DNA of 64,000 bases from Verrucomicrobiota bacterium (lineage in GTDB: Bacteria; Verrucomicrobiota; Verrucomicrobiia; Opitutales; Seribacteraceae): positions 1-64,000 of the forward strand of contig JAQBYT010000017.1 of NCBI GenBank assembly GCA_027622665.1. Reading direction: 5' to 3'. This document shows positions 37,986 to 47,947 of the stretch, piece by piece. The notes below the pieces were generated by a model. It worked only from the letters and a program-made list of their open reading frames with translations. It did not search any database and was not told where the DNA came from. The position numbers were made by a program, and so were the translations under genes. Within the stretch, counting starts at the first letter, position 1, and each line of letters begins with the position of its first letter.

Positions 37986-38627
37986 CTAGTATAAACCGTC
38001 CCGAGAATAACCGCCTTGGTGGCAGTTTAGGCAGGTTAGGGTGCTTTTTACTGGATGCTTGAGAAACTTTAGGTCTCGCCCCGGTTTGCCCATGGGCGCG
38101 TCCGAGTCGACCTTGAGCAGTTGGCCTTGTTTCAATACTGCTTCTTCTCCCTTCGGATTGGTTACCTTAACTTCTCCTTCGCAAACGCAGACTTGGCTTT
38201 CCTTCTTTTCCGTGACGGAGGCGCTAAAGGCAGTCCCGCGAATCCCCGCGGTGGCACCCGGCATATCCACGCTGAAGGACGAATCCTTCTTCAGCTTGGG
38301 CACCCGCACCCAGAGGAATCCCGTATCCAGTTCGAGGATGGACTTGGCGGCGTCTCCCTCCTTCGACTTCATGGTCATCTCGCTTTTCTCGTACACCACG
38401 AGCTGGCCGCCGTTGCTCAGACGGAGGATCACCATTTGCCCGAGGCCTGTAAAAATGGTGTCGCCGTTTTTGATAGTAATGCCTTTCGTCACGGGCAGGA
38501 CTTGGTCGCCCGATTTGTATTCGACTTTCCCGATCACGACTTCGACCACGGATCCTTTTTCCGCCTGTCCGAGAAGGCTGCCAAAGAAGCTGAGCAAAAG
38601 GGCAATTGACGCAAAGTGTTTTCGCAT
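37986..38627 (-). CDS. Secreted FecR-domain protein with C-terminal CxxCH motif
   Basis: GDTIFTG, L.LDTGFLW, MPGATAGIRGTAF, VCEGEVKV; CLNCH at 38019-38033. Confidence 0.85.
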   Translation of the reverse strand: MRKHFASIALLLSFFGSLLGQAEKGSVVEVVIGKVEYKSGDQVLPVTKGITIKNGDTIFTGLGQMVILRLSNGGQLVVYEKSEMTMKSKEGDAAKSILELDTGFLWVRVPKLKKDSSFSVDMPGATAGIRGTAFSASVTEKKESQVCVCEGEVKVTNPKGEEAVLKQGQLLKVDSDAPMGKPGRDLKFLKHPVKSTLTCLNCHQGGYSRDGLY

Positions 38628-38636
38628 GGTCTTCTC

Positions 38637-39965
38637 CTAAAACTTGAATTCAGTCTGAACGTAAGCCCATTGGGTAGTGTCGTTTTGGCCCCATCCCCAA
38701 TGGGAGTCTCTCCAATCCGTAATCAGCTTGCCCGGGAAAAAGAGGGAGTAACCGGCGGTGAAACTACGATTTGGTTTTTTTCCGAACCGTAGGTGCAAGT
38801 CCAGTTCGGAACCTACGTCCTTGCTGGCATTCGTTGTACCCGGCCAATCGTTGCGTGGAGGGTCTATCCACCACCATGCCGGAGAAAGGTCTGCCACGTA
38901 CCAAGCTGAGTCTTGGGAATGCATGTAGAACTGGTGGAACTCGATCAGGGCTTCCACCTTCGGGTGGATATCGGCAAACATATAAAGCGTGAGCATTTCC
39001 GCATTCATCATGCTCATCCAGTCCATCGCACCCGAACGAACGTGCCTGTTGGCGAAGGGGGGAATGAAGGTTTCGTGTCGCCCGGGAGTATCACCATCGT
39101 CACCTGTCGACAGGGAGTACTCGATGCCGACGTTCCTCACCACGGAGTGGTCCACGAAATAGTCCAAGTTGGCGACGAGGTTGTAGGCTTGCAGATCCTT
39201 GCTGCCACCTACCTTCATTTTGCCCGTCTGGTAATTGACCATCCAATGGTAGAAGAGGGGCCTTGAAAGCTTACCTTCCATGCGGGTGCCGAAGTTGTAA
39301 ACCTCCAGTTCGGGATTCCCGCTAAGGGGCAAGCTGTCCTGTTCGTTGCCTATGCCGAAGTACCAGAGGTAGAACTCGTTTATGGTTCGAGTGGGAGAAG
39401 TTCTTTCGAGGTTAATTCCGGCAAGTTGGTTGTGGTGATCCTTGGCCAATTGTCCATAGAGGACGTCCAGGTCCCATGTAGATCCATCTCGATAAAACTT
39501 CAGGGCATCGAAACTGTTACCTTCCATGTCCCAGTCGTCGCCATCGATCAAGATGCCGCGATTGTAGCTTAACTCTTGTCGGCCGACCCGAAGGTTCAGG
39601 GTGTCCGAACCCGGAAGTAAAAAATCCAAGTAGGCTTGGTGAATGCGATGAACGTCTTCCTCGGGAGGACGCTTGAATTCGCCCTCGTCGATTATGCGGC
39701 GACCCAGACGAAGTTCCATGAGGTGACGTTCCTTGGCCAAGGAGATGTCGGCCCGAAACTCATGTTCTAGTTCGGAGGAGTCGGTGTTTTCCCTGTTCTT
39801 TTCGTAAAGCCCGTAATTCTCGAACAAGGTAGCCCGGTAGCGAAGTTCGGTGGCCAGATCGATCTGGGCTCCAAGTCCGAAGGCAAAGGCGGTAAGGCTT
39901 ACCCATAGCAAGGAAAGCCGTCGAATGCGGTTTGAGTAAATTGGAAACGACAAGAAAAGCTGCAT
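38637..39965 (-). CDS. Alginate-export-family outer-membrane porin
   Basis: IHQAYLD, LRVGRQELSY, GNSFDAL, STGDD, DVGSELDL, YSLFFPG, terminal YVQTEFKF. Confidence 0.82.
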   Translation of the reverse strand: MQLFLSFPIYSNRIRRLSLLWVSLTAFAFGLGAQIDLATELRYRATLFENYGLYEKNRENTDSSELEHEFRADISLAKERHLMELRLGRRIIDEGEFKRPPEEDVHRIHQAYLDFLLPGSDTLNLRVGRQELSYNRGILIDGDDWDMEGNSFDALKFYRDGSTWDLDVLYGQLAKDHHNQLAGINLERTSPTRTINEFYLWYFGIGNEQDSLPLSGNPELEVYNFGTRMEGKLSRPLFYHWMVNYQTGKMKVGGSKDLQAYNLVANLDYFVDHSVVRNVGIEYSLSTGDDGDTPGRHETFIPPFANRHVRSGAMDWMSMMNAEMLTLYMFADIHPKVEALIEFHQFYMHSQDSAWYVADLSPAWWWIDPPRNDWPGTTNASKDVGSELDLHLRFGKKPNRSFTAGYSLFFPGKLITDWRDSHWGWGQNDTTQWAYVQTEFKF

Positions 39966-40109
39966 GTTTTCTCTATTTGCTAGGCAGGTGGAATAGCACG
40001 GCAAGCACCTCAAAGGTGAAATTCTTAATCCGTTTTTGGGAAAAGAACTCCATTGCTTCGAGTAAATCGGAAGCGTTCCGGTTGCGAGTGCCGGGCGTCG
40101 AGGTATTCG

Positions 40110-40889
40110 TCAAGACTGCAGGATCGTCTTCTGGGCGGCGACGAGTTCGGAGATTCCTTTTTCGGCAAGCGTGAGAAGTTCGTCGAGCTGGGCTCGAGTG
40201 TAAGTAGCTTCCTCTCCCGAGGATTGCACTTCGACGAACTCGCCGGACCCCGTCATCACCACGTTGGCATCGACGGAGGCATCGCGGTCCTCTGGGTAAT
40301 CGAGGTCGAGTACACAGCGATTGCGGTATACGCCTACGGATATAGCCGCAAGGTGATCGAGGATGGGATCTTCCTTGAGCTTTCCATTGTCAAGTAGGCT
40401 GTTTACGGCGAGGCGAGCGGCAAGCCATGCACCTGTGATTGAGGCGGTACGAGTACCGCCATCGGCCCGGAGCACGTCGCAATCGATCCAGAGGGTTTTC
40501 TCGGGCAGCTTCTTTAGATCGAGGACAGCTCGGAGGGAGCGGCCGATGAGGCGCTGTATCTCGATGTTCCGTCCGTCTTGACGGCCTTTGCTTATGGGGC
40601 GATCCTTCCGAGTGAGGGTGGAGTAGGGGAGCATCCCGTATTCGGCGGTAAGCCATCCGCCCTGCACTTTCTGGCGTTGCATCCAATTCGGCACCTTATT
40701 CTCGATCATTACGGCGCATATGACTTGGGTGTCGCCAAAGGAGGCGAGCACGGATCCGTCGGCATGAGGAGCGATTCCGGGTTCAAGTCTTACTTCGCGC
40801 ATTTGATCGATTTCGCGACCGGAGGGGCGGACGAACACTTGTTCGAGTTGCTCCTCTAGAGAACCGTGATTTTCGGAGTCAGGCTTCAT
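40110..40889 (-). CDS. rph: Ribonuclease PH
   Basis: GWLTAEYGMLP, EIQRLIGRSLR, DCDVLRADGGTRTASITG, DLDYPED. Confidence 0.97.
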   Translation of the reverse strand: MKPDSENHGSLEEQLEQVFVRPSGREIDQMREVRLEPGIAPHADGSVLASFGDTQVICAVMIENKVPNWMQRQKVQGGWLTAEYGMLPYSTLTRKDRPISKGRQDGRNIEIQRLIGRSLRAVLDLKKLPEKTLWIDCDVLRADGGTRTASITGAWLAARLAVNSLLDNGKLKEDPILDHLAAISVGVYRNRCVLDLDYPEDRDASVDANVVMTGSGEFVEVQSSGEEATYTRAQLDELLTLAEKGISELVAAQKTILQS

Positions 40890-42231
40890 ATTGCTTAAGT
40901 GGTTCGGGGTCTATGACGTGAGAGGGAGAGTCGGCGAGGGCTTCTCGAAACCAATCCCTTGCCTTGGGGTCGCCGTGGTGAAGGAAAATCGTCTTGGGTT
41001 CAAGCTTTTTGGCGAGGGCCAAGAGTTCTTCGCGGTCGGCGTGGCCGCTAAGGTCGTATTGGCGAATGCGAGCGCGGACGGGGGTAATGTAGTCAATCGC
41101 CTCGAAGGTGAAATCCTGTCCGTTTTGCTTGGTGAGTAGCTTGCCGCCCGGGGTGTCGGGGTCGCAGTAGCCGACGAAAATGATGGTGTTGCGGTCACTG
41201 CCGAGCAGCCCCGAGGCCAATGCGTAGGAGGGGGTGTTTTCCACCAGCATGCCACTGCTAACAAGGTATATTCCGGGTTGGTTTGGTTCGCGACCCGGTT
41301 CTATGCGACGGGCTACGGGTCGAACGCCTAGGCTTTTCAGCACCTTTCGGCTGAAGTTCACTTCGTGGCTCTGCTTGGAAATCTCGTGAAAATAGTTGAC
41401 GAGGTCCATCCCGAGGCCGGAGCAAAATACGGGTGCGGGAGGGATGGCCCCACGGTGACGAGCCTCTTCGAGAACAACGAGCATTTCCTGCATCCGGCCA
41501 AGGGCGAATACCGGAATGAGAACGGAACCTCCTCGCTTGATGGTCTTTCGTATGTCTTCCAGTACGCGGACGATTTCGGCTTCGCGTTGCTTTTCGGGAG
41601 CTCGTGCAGTGAGACCGCGGGTAGTCTCCATTACAAGTATATCTACCGGGTTCAGAGGTGGTTTGGCCCCTTTGAGGATGCGTTGGTCGTTGAAGAGGAC
41701 GTCGCCCGTAAAAAAGATCGTTTGACCGTTTCGGGATACGGAGCAGGAGGCCGCTCCAACTACATGGCCTGCGTGATGAAGGGTAACCTCTAGCGTATCA
41801 CCGTCTTTTTCGAAGACGAAGGGTTTCTCTATGTCAAGTAGTTGGAAGCGATCCTTGAGAATGGAAACGTCTTCACGATTATAGAGGGGATACTCGGGCA
41901 GGTTTAGTTCGCCGCGCTGGCGTTTCATCACGGCTACCGAATTGCTCAGCATCCGTCTGGCAATAGCTCGAGTGGCTTGAGTTGCGAGAATGGGGGTGTC
42001 CGGGTTTTCTCGAGAGAGAACAGGTAGGGAACCCAAGTGGTCGAGGTGGCAGTGCGTGAGGACGATGAAGTCGAGCGATTTGCGTTCGACCAGTGAGAAC
42101 TTGGGCATTGCCTCGTTTCCAGCTAGCTTCGGATGTAGTCCGCTGTCGATGACGAAGCGAAAGGGACCGACCTCGATGAGGAGACTGTTGGCGCCTATGC
42201 CGCCGCTGGGATTGAGATCCGTGAGTTTCAC
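40879..42231 (-). CDS. MBL-fold beta-CASP ribonuclease-like hydrolase
   Basis: THCHLDHLG, AGHVVGA, FTGD, PVFALGRMQE, SGHAD, HHGD. Confidence 0.9.
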   Translation of the reverse strand: MKLTDLNPSGGIGANSLLIEVGPFRFVIDSGLHPKLAGNEAMPKFSLVERKSLDFIVLTHCHLDHLGSLPVLSRENPDTPILATQATRAIARRMLSNSVAVMKRQRGELNLPEYPLYNREDVSILKDRFQLLDIEKPFVFEKDGDTLEVTLHHAGHVVGAASCSVSRNGQTIFFTGDVLFNDQRILKGAKPPLNPVDILVMETTRGLTARAPEKQREAEIVRVLEDIRKTIKRGGSVLIPVFALGRMQEMLVVLEEARHRGAIPPAPVFCSGLGMDLVNYFHEISKQSHEVNFSRKVLKSLGVRPVARRIEPGREPNQPGIYLVSSGMLVENTPSYALASGLLGSDRNTIIFVGYCDPDTPGGKLLTKQNGQDFTFEAIDYITPVRARIRQYDLSGHADREELLALAKKLEPKTIFLHHGDPKARDWFREALADSPSHVIDPEPLKQYEA

Positions 42232-42638
42232 GAAAGGGCTGGGTCGGGTCGGGTCTCGTCGGGAATCTCGAGGCGGAAATCTGGTATTCGCACGCGGATT
42301 TTATTACCTAACTCATCTACGCCATGAAAGGATCCGGAAGCGATTGCACCGATGTGGGTAAGGTGATAACTGTTGTAGGTGAAGGTTTCTCCGGTTGCGA
42401 GGACGGGAGTTTCTCCCACAACCTTATCGCCCTCCACGACGGTGGCGGTGTCGTCGTCGTTATTAAGGACCCATTTGCGACCGAGAATGGTAACGGTTCG
42501 GTCGGAGAGGTTGTGGATGCTTAAGAAGTAAATGAAAGCGTGGGAGAGCGTGTCGGGCAGGTTCACGTTCTCGCAGTGGTGAACGAGTTTGTCCAAAACT
42601 ACGCGAAGGCCCTCTAGTTCTATGGTTTCTTGGGTCAC
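42228..42638 (-). CDS. apaG: ApaG domain protein
   Basis: YFLSIHN, LGRKW, VEGDKVVGETPVL, YNS. Confidence 0.82.
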   Translation of the reverse strand: MTQETIELEGLRVVLDKLVHHCENVNLPDTLSHAFIYFLSIHNLSDRTVTILGRKWVLNNDDDTATVVEGDKVVGETPVLATGETFTYNSYHLTHIGAIASGSFHGVDELGNKIRVRIPDFRLEIPDETRPDPALS

Positions 42639-42776
42639 AAAACGTTTTTCTAAAAAAAATGAATATTACCGAAGGAATAGGTAACGCCAATCCTTTTTAT
42701 GGTGAATTAGCCGAAATTTTAGGTTTTTTTGCGAAAAACGCTTGCTCCTTTGCCAACCTGTCGCACAAGAGGCGTG

Positions 42777-44342
42777 ATGCAACGTTTGGCTCTTATATCA
42801 GTAAGCGACAAGTCGGGAGTTCTCCCCTTTGCCAAGACCTTGGTGGATGAACTCGGCTTTCGCATTCTTTCCACCGGTGGCACTGCCCGCCTTTTACGCG
42901 AGAATGGCGTGGATGCGGTCGAGGTTAGCGACCATACCGGATTTCCCGAAATGATGGACGGGAGGGTGAAGACCCTTCACCCAAAGATCCACGGCGGCTT
43001 GCTCTGTCTGCGGAACAACGAGGAACACTGCCAAGCTGCCGAGGCGAACGACATCGAGATGATCGAGCTGGTGGTGGTGAACCTGTATCCCTTCGAGGAA
43101 ACGGTGGCTAATCCGGGAGTGACCTTGGCGGAGGCTATCGAGCAGATAGATATCGGTGGTCCCTCCATGCTCCGCAGCGCAGCAAAGAACAACCGCGACG
43201 TTACGGTTGTCTGCGATCCGGGGGACTATGATCGTGTACTCGATTCGCTGAGAGCGAATGACGAGGCGGCTCTTTTGAAATTGCGCTCGGAGTTGGCTCT
43301 GAAGGTTTTTCATAGAACTGCCGAATACGACGGCGCCATCTCCGAATACTTGGGCGAGCAAGCGTTGAAGGACGCCGATGAACCCGATATCGATTCCATC
43401 TCAGGCTTTCCGAAAGTGCTTTCAGTTACTTCCGAGAAGGCGATGTCCTTGCGGTACGGAGAAAACCCTCATCAGCAAGCTTCTCTCTACGGATCCTTTA
43501 TGGAGTACTTTAAACAGCTTCAAGGCAAGGAGTTGAGTTACAACAATATTCTGGATATTTCCGCCGCTGCATACCTGATTGGAGAGTTTGAGCGTCCTAC
43601 TGTGGCCATTCTCAAGCATACAAATCCTTGCGGTGTCGCTTGCGCCGACCATTTGACCGATGCCTGGGATCTTGCCTATGAAACGGACCGGCAAGCTCCG
43701 TTCGGCGGCATTATCGTCGTGAATAACACGATGGACGAGGACTTGGCCTCAAAAATCGCAGATATTTTTTGCGAGGTTATCGTTGCTCCGGGTTTTACTC
43801 CTGAGGCCCAAGAAATATTCGGAAAGAAAAAAAACCTCCGCTTGCTGATTTCTAGATCCGGATTCGGCCCCGAGACCCTACAGGAGATTCGTACTGTTCC
43901 CGGTGGGTTTCTTGCTCAGGATAGAGATCAAAAACGCATCAACCCCAAGAACTATACCGTTCCTACTAAAAGAGAACCCACAGAAGAGGAATGGCGAGCC
44001 CTGCTTTTCGGTTGGCGAGTAGTGAGGCATGTGAAGAGCAATGCCATCGTCTACGCGGGACTGGAGAGATCTCTGGGTATCGGCGCGGGCCAGATGTCTC
44101 GAGTGGATAGCTCTAGAATAGCGGTATGGAAGGCAGGGGAGGCCGGATTGTCGTTGGACGGTTCTATCGTGGCCTCAGATGCGTTCTTCCCGTTTGCCGA
44201 TGGATTGATTGCCGCAGCCGACTCGGGAGCCTCCGCCGCGATTCAGCCCGGTGGCAGCGTTCGAGACGCAGAGGTGATCGCCGCAGCAGACGAACGCGAC
44301 ATGGCCATGGTCTTTACGGGGTCTCGTCACTTCCGCCACTAA
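42777..44342 (+). CDS. purH: Bifunctional AICAR transformylase / IMP cyclohydrolase
   Basis: [52 protein letters not shown]. Confidence 0.98.
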   Translation: MQRLALISVSDKSGVLPFAKTLVDELGFRILSTGGTARLLRENGVDAVEVSDHTGFPEMMDGRVKTLHPKIHGGLLCLRNNEEHCQAAEANDIEMIELVVVNLYPFEETVANPGVTLAEAIEQIDIGGPSMLRSAAKNNRDVTVVCDPGDYDRVLDSLRANDEAALLKLRSELALKVFHRTAEYDGAISEYLGEQALKDADEPDIDSISGFPKVLSVTSEKAMSLRYGENPHQQASLYGSFMEYFKQLQGKELSYNNILDISAAAYLIGEFERPTVAILKHTNPCGVACADHLTDAWDLAYETDRQAPFGGIIVVNNTMDEDLASKIADIFCEVIVAPGFTPEAQEIFGKKKNLRLLISRSGFGPETLQEIRTVPGGFLAQDRDQKRINPKNYTVPTKREPTEEEWRALLFGWRVVRHVKSNAIVYAGLERSLGIGAGQMSRVDSSRIAVWKAGEAGLSLDGSIVASDAFFPFADGLIAAADSGASAAIQPGGSVRDAEVIAAADERDMAMVFTGSRHFRH

Positions 44343-44423
44343 GGCAAGTGATGGAAATCTCGGAAATGACCTTGCTTGAAAGGAGTTTCGTCCTAAATTA
44401 TTATTAGGGTAACCTTTCATCTG

Positions 44424-45218
44424 ATGATTAAGAAATTTGCTTCTTTGGTCCGTCCTCTCGTTTTTGCGTCGTTGTCTTTTGTTCTGGGCGGATGCGGAGC
44501 CGCCGTTCTTTCGGACGAAGGCTTGGCCAAGCAGGCCGGGAATCAGTTCAATCAGATGAAGAAGAAGGAGAATATTTCGACCAATTCTTCCCACAACCAG
44601 ATGATTCAACGGATCGGCAAGCGCATAACTGATGTGGCGGAGGTCGATATTCAGGGGACCGAGTGGGAGTTCGTGGTTTTTGATAAACCGGAGCCGAACG
44701 CTTTTGCCATGCCGGGCGGCAAGGTGGGCGTTAATAGCGGATTGATCGTTTTGTCGGGTGGAAACGAGGATGAGGTAGCGGCCGTCATCGGCCATGAGAT
44801 TGCACATGTAGCCTTTCGACACAGCAACAAGAGAATGTCGCAGGCGATGGGGTTGGCTCTCGGGGGGGCAATTCTCGAAGTGGCTATGCGGAACAAGGAG
44901 AAGACGGACAGACAAATAGCACGAGGCGCTTATGGAGTGGGGGCTACCGTTGGTTTGGCTTTGCCTTTTAGCCGATCTCAGGAACGCGAGGCTGATCACC
45001 GAGGCATTTACTACGCGGCCATGGCTGGATACGACCCACGAGCGGCAATCAGTTTTTGGAAAAAAATGCAGTCCAAGTCGAAGAGTCGCATGCCACAGTT
45101 TCTCTCAACCCATCCCGATTCGGGTAATCGCATCGCATTTCTTCAAGGCAACATGGATCGTGCCTTGGCCCTTTATCGCGAAGCAAAAGCATCTCGCGGA
45201 GAAAAAGCTAACCCTTAA
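44424..45218 (+). CDS. M48-family zinc metallopeptidase lipoprotein
   Basis: Lipobox LGGC, NAFAMPGG, HEIAH, EREAD, FLSTHP. Confidence 0.93.
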   Translation: MIKKFASLVRPLVFASLSFVLGGCGAAVLSDEGLAKQAGNQFNQMKKKENISTNSSHNQMIQRIGKRITDVAEVDIQGTEWEFVVFDKPEPNAFAMPGGKVGVNSGLIVLSGGNEDEVAAVIGHEIAHVAFRHSNKRMSQAMGLALGGAILEVAMRNKEKTDRQIARGAYGVGATVGLALPFSRSQEREADHRGIYYAAMAGYDPRAAISFWKKMQSKSKSRMPQFLSTHPDSGNRIAFLQGNMDRALALYREAKASRGEKANP

Positions 45219-45239
45219 TCGGTTACAAACCGAACACTA

Positions 45240-46616
45240 ATGTCCCTTCTTTCCGATCCCACTCGGGCTCTCAGCGAGTATGTTTCTCACGCCAGTGTAT
45301 CTGCGGATCCCGCTTTTGCATCCGGAGTTGCCGCGGCCCGCGAGTTTGCCGTTTCCCGGCTCAAGGAACTTGGCTTTGCCGTCGAAATCGTCGAGACGCC
45401 TGTTCATCCGATCGTTCTTGGCACTCGCGGAGATCCTTCTTGGCCTCATTTAGTCATCTACGGTCATTACGATGTGCAGCCTCCTGATCCTCTCGACCTT
45501 TGGGAGACCCCTGCTTTCGAGACCGAAGTTCGCGATGGTCGTCTTTACGGTCGAGGGGCCGCCGACAACAAGGGGCCGCAAATCGTCCATATGGCCGCTT
45601 TGGCCCGAGTCTTTGAGAAGCATCCCGATCTACCCCTTCGCATCACCTACTTGATCGAAGGCGAGGAAGAAATTGGTAGCCCGAGTTTTTCCGGATTTCT
45701 CAACGACCATAAGGATAAACTCGCCGGTGACATGGTGCTGGTTTCAGATACCGGCAGTCCCAGTCCGGAGCAACTTGTCATTACCACAGGGTTGCGGGGC
45801 TTAACGGCCCTTGAGGTTAAGGTAATAGGTCCGAAACAAGATTTGCATTCAGGTGTCCACGGAGGCCCTCTGCTTAATCCCCTGCAGGCATTGGCCGAGA
45901 TTTGCGCATCGCTTCATGATTCCGATGGAGGTGTTAACGTTCCGGGCTTTTACGATTCGGTTCATGACCCGGAAGATTGGGAACGGGAAGAATTGAAGAA
46001 GATGCCCTTGACGGAGGATCAGTACGCCGAGTTTCTAGGAATCGAGCATTTTTATCCACCCAAGGGCTTTTCGCCCTTGGAATCTCTTCGGTTTGCGCCG
46101 ACTCTCGAATTCAACGGCATGGGTGGTGGTTACCAAGGAGAAGGTTCCAAGACGGTCATTCCTCGCGAGGCATTCGTCAAGATCACATGTCGATTGGTGC
46201 CCAACCAAACGGCGGATGAGATTACGAGTTTGGTCAAGGAAGCCATCGAGAGTAGATGCCCTCCACAGGTTAGGGTGGAAGTGAAGGTCACGGGCGGCGG
46301 CGACCCCTACGTCGTGATTCCTCCCGGTAAGCCCGGTGCCGATCTAGACTCGTCGGCCTTGCTCCAGAAAGCTTTCGCGGCAGCCGAGAATCGTATCGAA
46401 GAAGCGTTCGGAACTCATCCCATATACCTTCGAGAGGGTGGGAGCATTCCAATCATTGGAGATCTTAAACAGGTCGTGGGATTGGATTCATTGCTGATCG
46501 GACTCTTCACCAACGAAGATAACTTGCATGCACCCAACGAGAGCTTTCATCTAGGCATCATGAACAAGGCCATAGATGCATTTGAGAAGTTGTTTCTAGA
46601 TTTGGCCGACAGGTAA
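45240..46616 (+). CDS. M20-family dipeptidase
   Basis: YGHYDVQP, GRGAADNKG, EGEEEIGS, DLHSG, HAPNE. Confidence 0.93.
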   Translation: MSLLSDPTRALSEYVSHASVSADPAFASGVAAAREFAVSRLKELGFAVEIVETPVHPIVLGTRGDPSWPHLVIYGHYDVQPPDPLDLWETPAFETEVRDGRLYGRGAADNKGPQIVHMAALARVFEKHPDLPLRITYLIEGEEEIGSPSFSGFLNDHKDKLAGDMVLVSDTGSPSPEQLVITTGLRGLTALEVKVIGPKQDLHSGVHGGPLLNPLQALAEICASLHDSDGGVNVPGFYDSVHDPEDWEREELKKMPLTEDQYAEFLGIEHFYPPKGFSPLESLRFAPTLEFNGMGGGYQGEGSKTVIPREAFVKITCRLVPNQTADEITSLVKEAIESRCPPQVRVEVKVTGGGDPYVVIPPGKPGADLDSSALLQKAFAAAENRIEEAFGTHPIYLREGGSIPIIGDLKQVVGLDSLLIGLFTNEDNLHAPNESFHLGIMNKAIDAFEKLFLDLADR

Positions 46617-46666
46617 GATTACTTTACGGTCTTTTGCTCGGAAAAAGCCCAAGGCTTTCAAGTAGG

Positions 46667-47257
46667 CTAATTGTTATTCTTAAGAATCATGAACTGAGCC
46701 CTCCGATCGGCCTTGGCTTCGCTTGAAGATGCATTCGGGACTGAATTGTGATCACCTATGGATATTACGTCTATTCTGGAGGCGTCGCATCCCAGATCCA
46801 CAAGATATTTCTTAACAGTGGAGGCCCGTCTGTCCCCCAATGACTTGTTGTACTCGGGAGTTCCCTTCCAGTCGCAGTATCCCTCGATGATTACACTGGC
46901 CTTGGGAGAACTCTTCATGAAATCGGCCACTTCCTCGACTTTCGGGCGCTCCGCGGCGGCTAGGTTGTATTGGTCAAAGCCGAAGAAAACGGGGTCGAAC
47001 GGTCGTATTACGTTTTCTGGGTCGCTGAACCCAGCGAGATTGGGATTTCGCAGAGACAGACTATCATCGTTCAATGGATTGTTGATCAGTTCGCCTCCTT
47101 GAGCGAAGTCGTCAGCACCTGAATTAAAACCTTTCCCGTTTTCACCCCCTGCTCCGCCACGGTTCAGAGTGGTGTCGGGATCTGTGTTTTTTTTGCAGCT
47201 TGCAAAGGAGAAAACCAACAAGCCGAGGCAGAATGCGTTAAGTATTTCCATTTTCAT
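46667..47257 (-). CDS. pal: Peptidoglycan-associated lipoprotein (Pal/OmpA-C), paralog 1
   Basis: Lipobox FASC; FGFDQY, IEGYCDWKGTPEYNKSLGDRRA. Confidence 0.85.
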   Translation of the reverse strand: MKMEILNAFCLGLLVFSFASCKKNTDPDTTLNRGGAGGENGKGFNSGADDFAQGGELINNPLNDDSLSLRNPNLAGFSDPENVIRPFDPVFFGFDQYNLAAAERPKVEEVADFMKSSPKASVIIEGYCDWKGTPEYNKSLGDRRASTVKKYLVDLGCDASRIDVISIGDHNSVPNASSSEAKADRRAQFMILKNNN

Positions 47258-47269
47258 GATTTGCGGAAG

Positions 47270-47872
47270 TTAGCTGTCTTTTTGGACGAAGAACTGAGCT
47301 TTACGCTCCATGCTTGCGGTCGAGGAATCTGCGTTTGGCGTCGCCCTATCATCACCCATGGATCTTATGTCGATGCGTTTGGCGTCGCACCCAAGGTCGA
47401 TCAAGTATTGTTGGATGCTGGAGGCTCGTCGATCGCCCAGCGCCATGTTGTAGGCCGATGTGCCTTTCCAGTCGCAGTGGCCTTCGATCAGGATGCGGGA
47501 ATCACGATTGATTTGCATGAACTCAGCTACTTGCTGCAGTTTGGATCTCTCCTCTTGGCCAACGTTGTATTGGTCGAATCCAAAGTAAATGGCCTCAAAT
47601 GGACTGTCTGCTAGATCGATGGCACCAGGGGCGTCCCATGAGGTGGTCTGAGGCACAAGACCGTCTCCCCCTAAACCCTGTCCAAATGGTTCGCCTGAGG
47701 TGGCGAAATCGCCTTCACCGAATCTGCCGGCGATACCGTCGCCATTGTAAGTGTTGCGCCCACCGCTTTTAATGAGCACCGTGTCATCAGGATTCGGTCC
47801 ATCCTTCTTGGAGCAACCAAAAGAAAACCCGACTAAAACACCACATACTACCAACAACTTTATTTTTTTCAT
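47270..47872 (-). CDS. pal: Peptidoglycan-associated lipoprotein (Pal/OmpA-C), paralog 2
   Basis: Lipobox SFGC; YFGFDQY, IEGHCDWKGTSAYNMALGDRRA. Confidence 0.85.
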   Translation of the reverse strand: MKKIKLLVVCGVLVGFSFGCSKKDGPNPDDTVLIKSGGRNTYNGDGIAGRFGEGDFATSGEPFGQGLGGDGLVPQTTSWDAPGAIDLADSPFEAIYFGFDQYNVGQEERSKLQQVAEFMQINRDSRILIEGHCDWKGTSAYNMALGDRRASSIQQYLIDLGCDAKRIDIRSMGDDRATPNADSSTASMERKAQFFVQKDS

Positions 47873-47947
47873 AATTATACTTTTCACCACATTTTTAAAA
47901 CAAGCCATTCCCATAACTTAGCTGGGGAAACCATCTATCCCCCTTAA

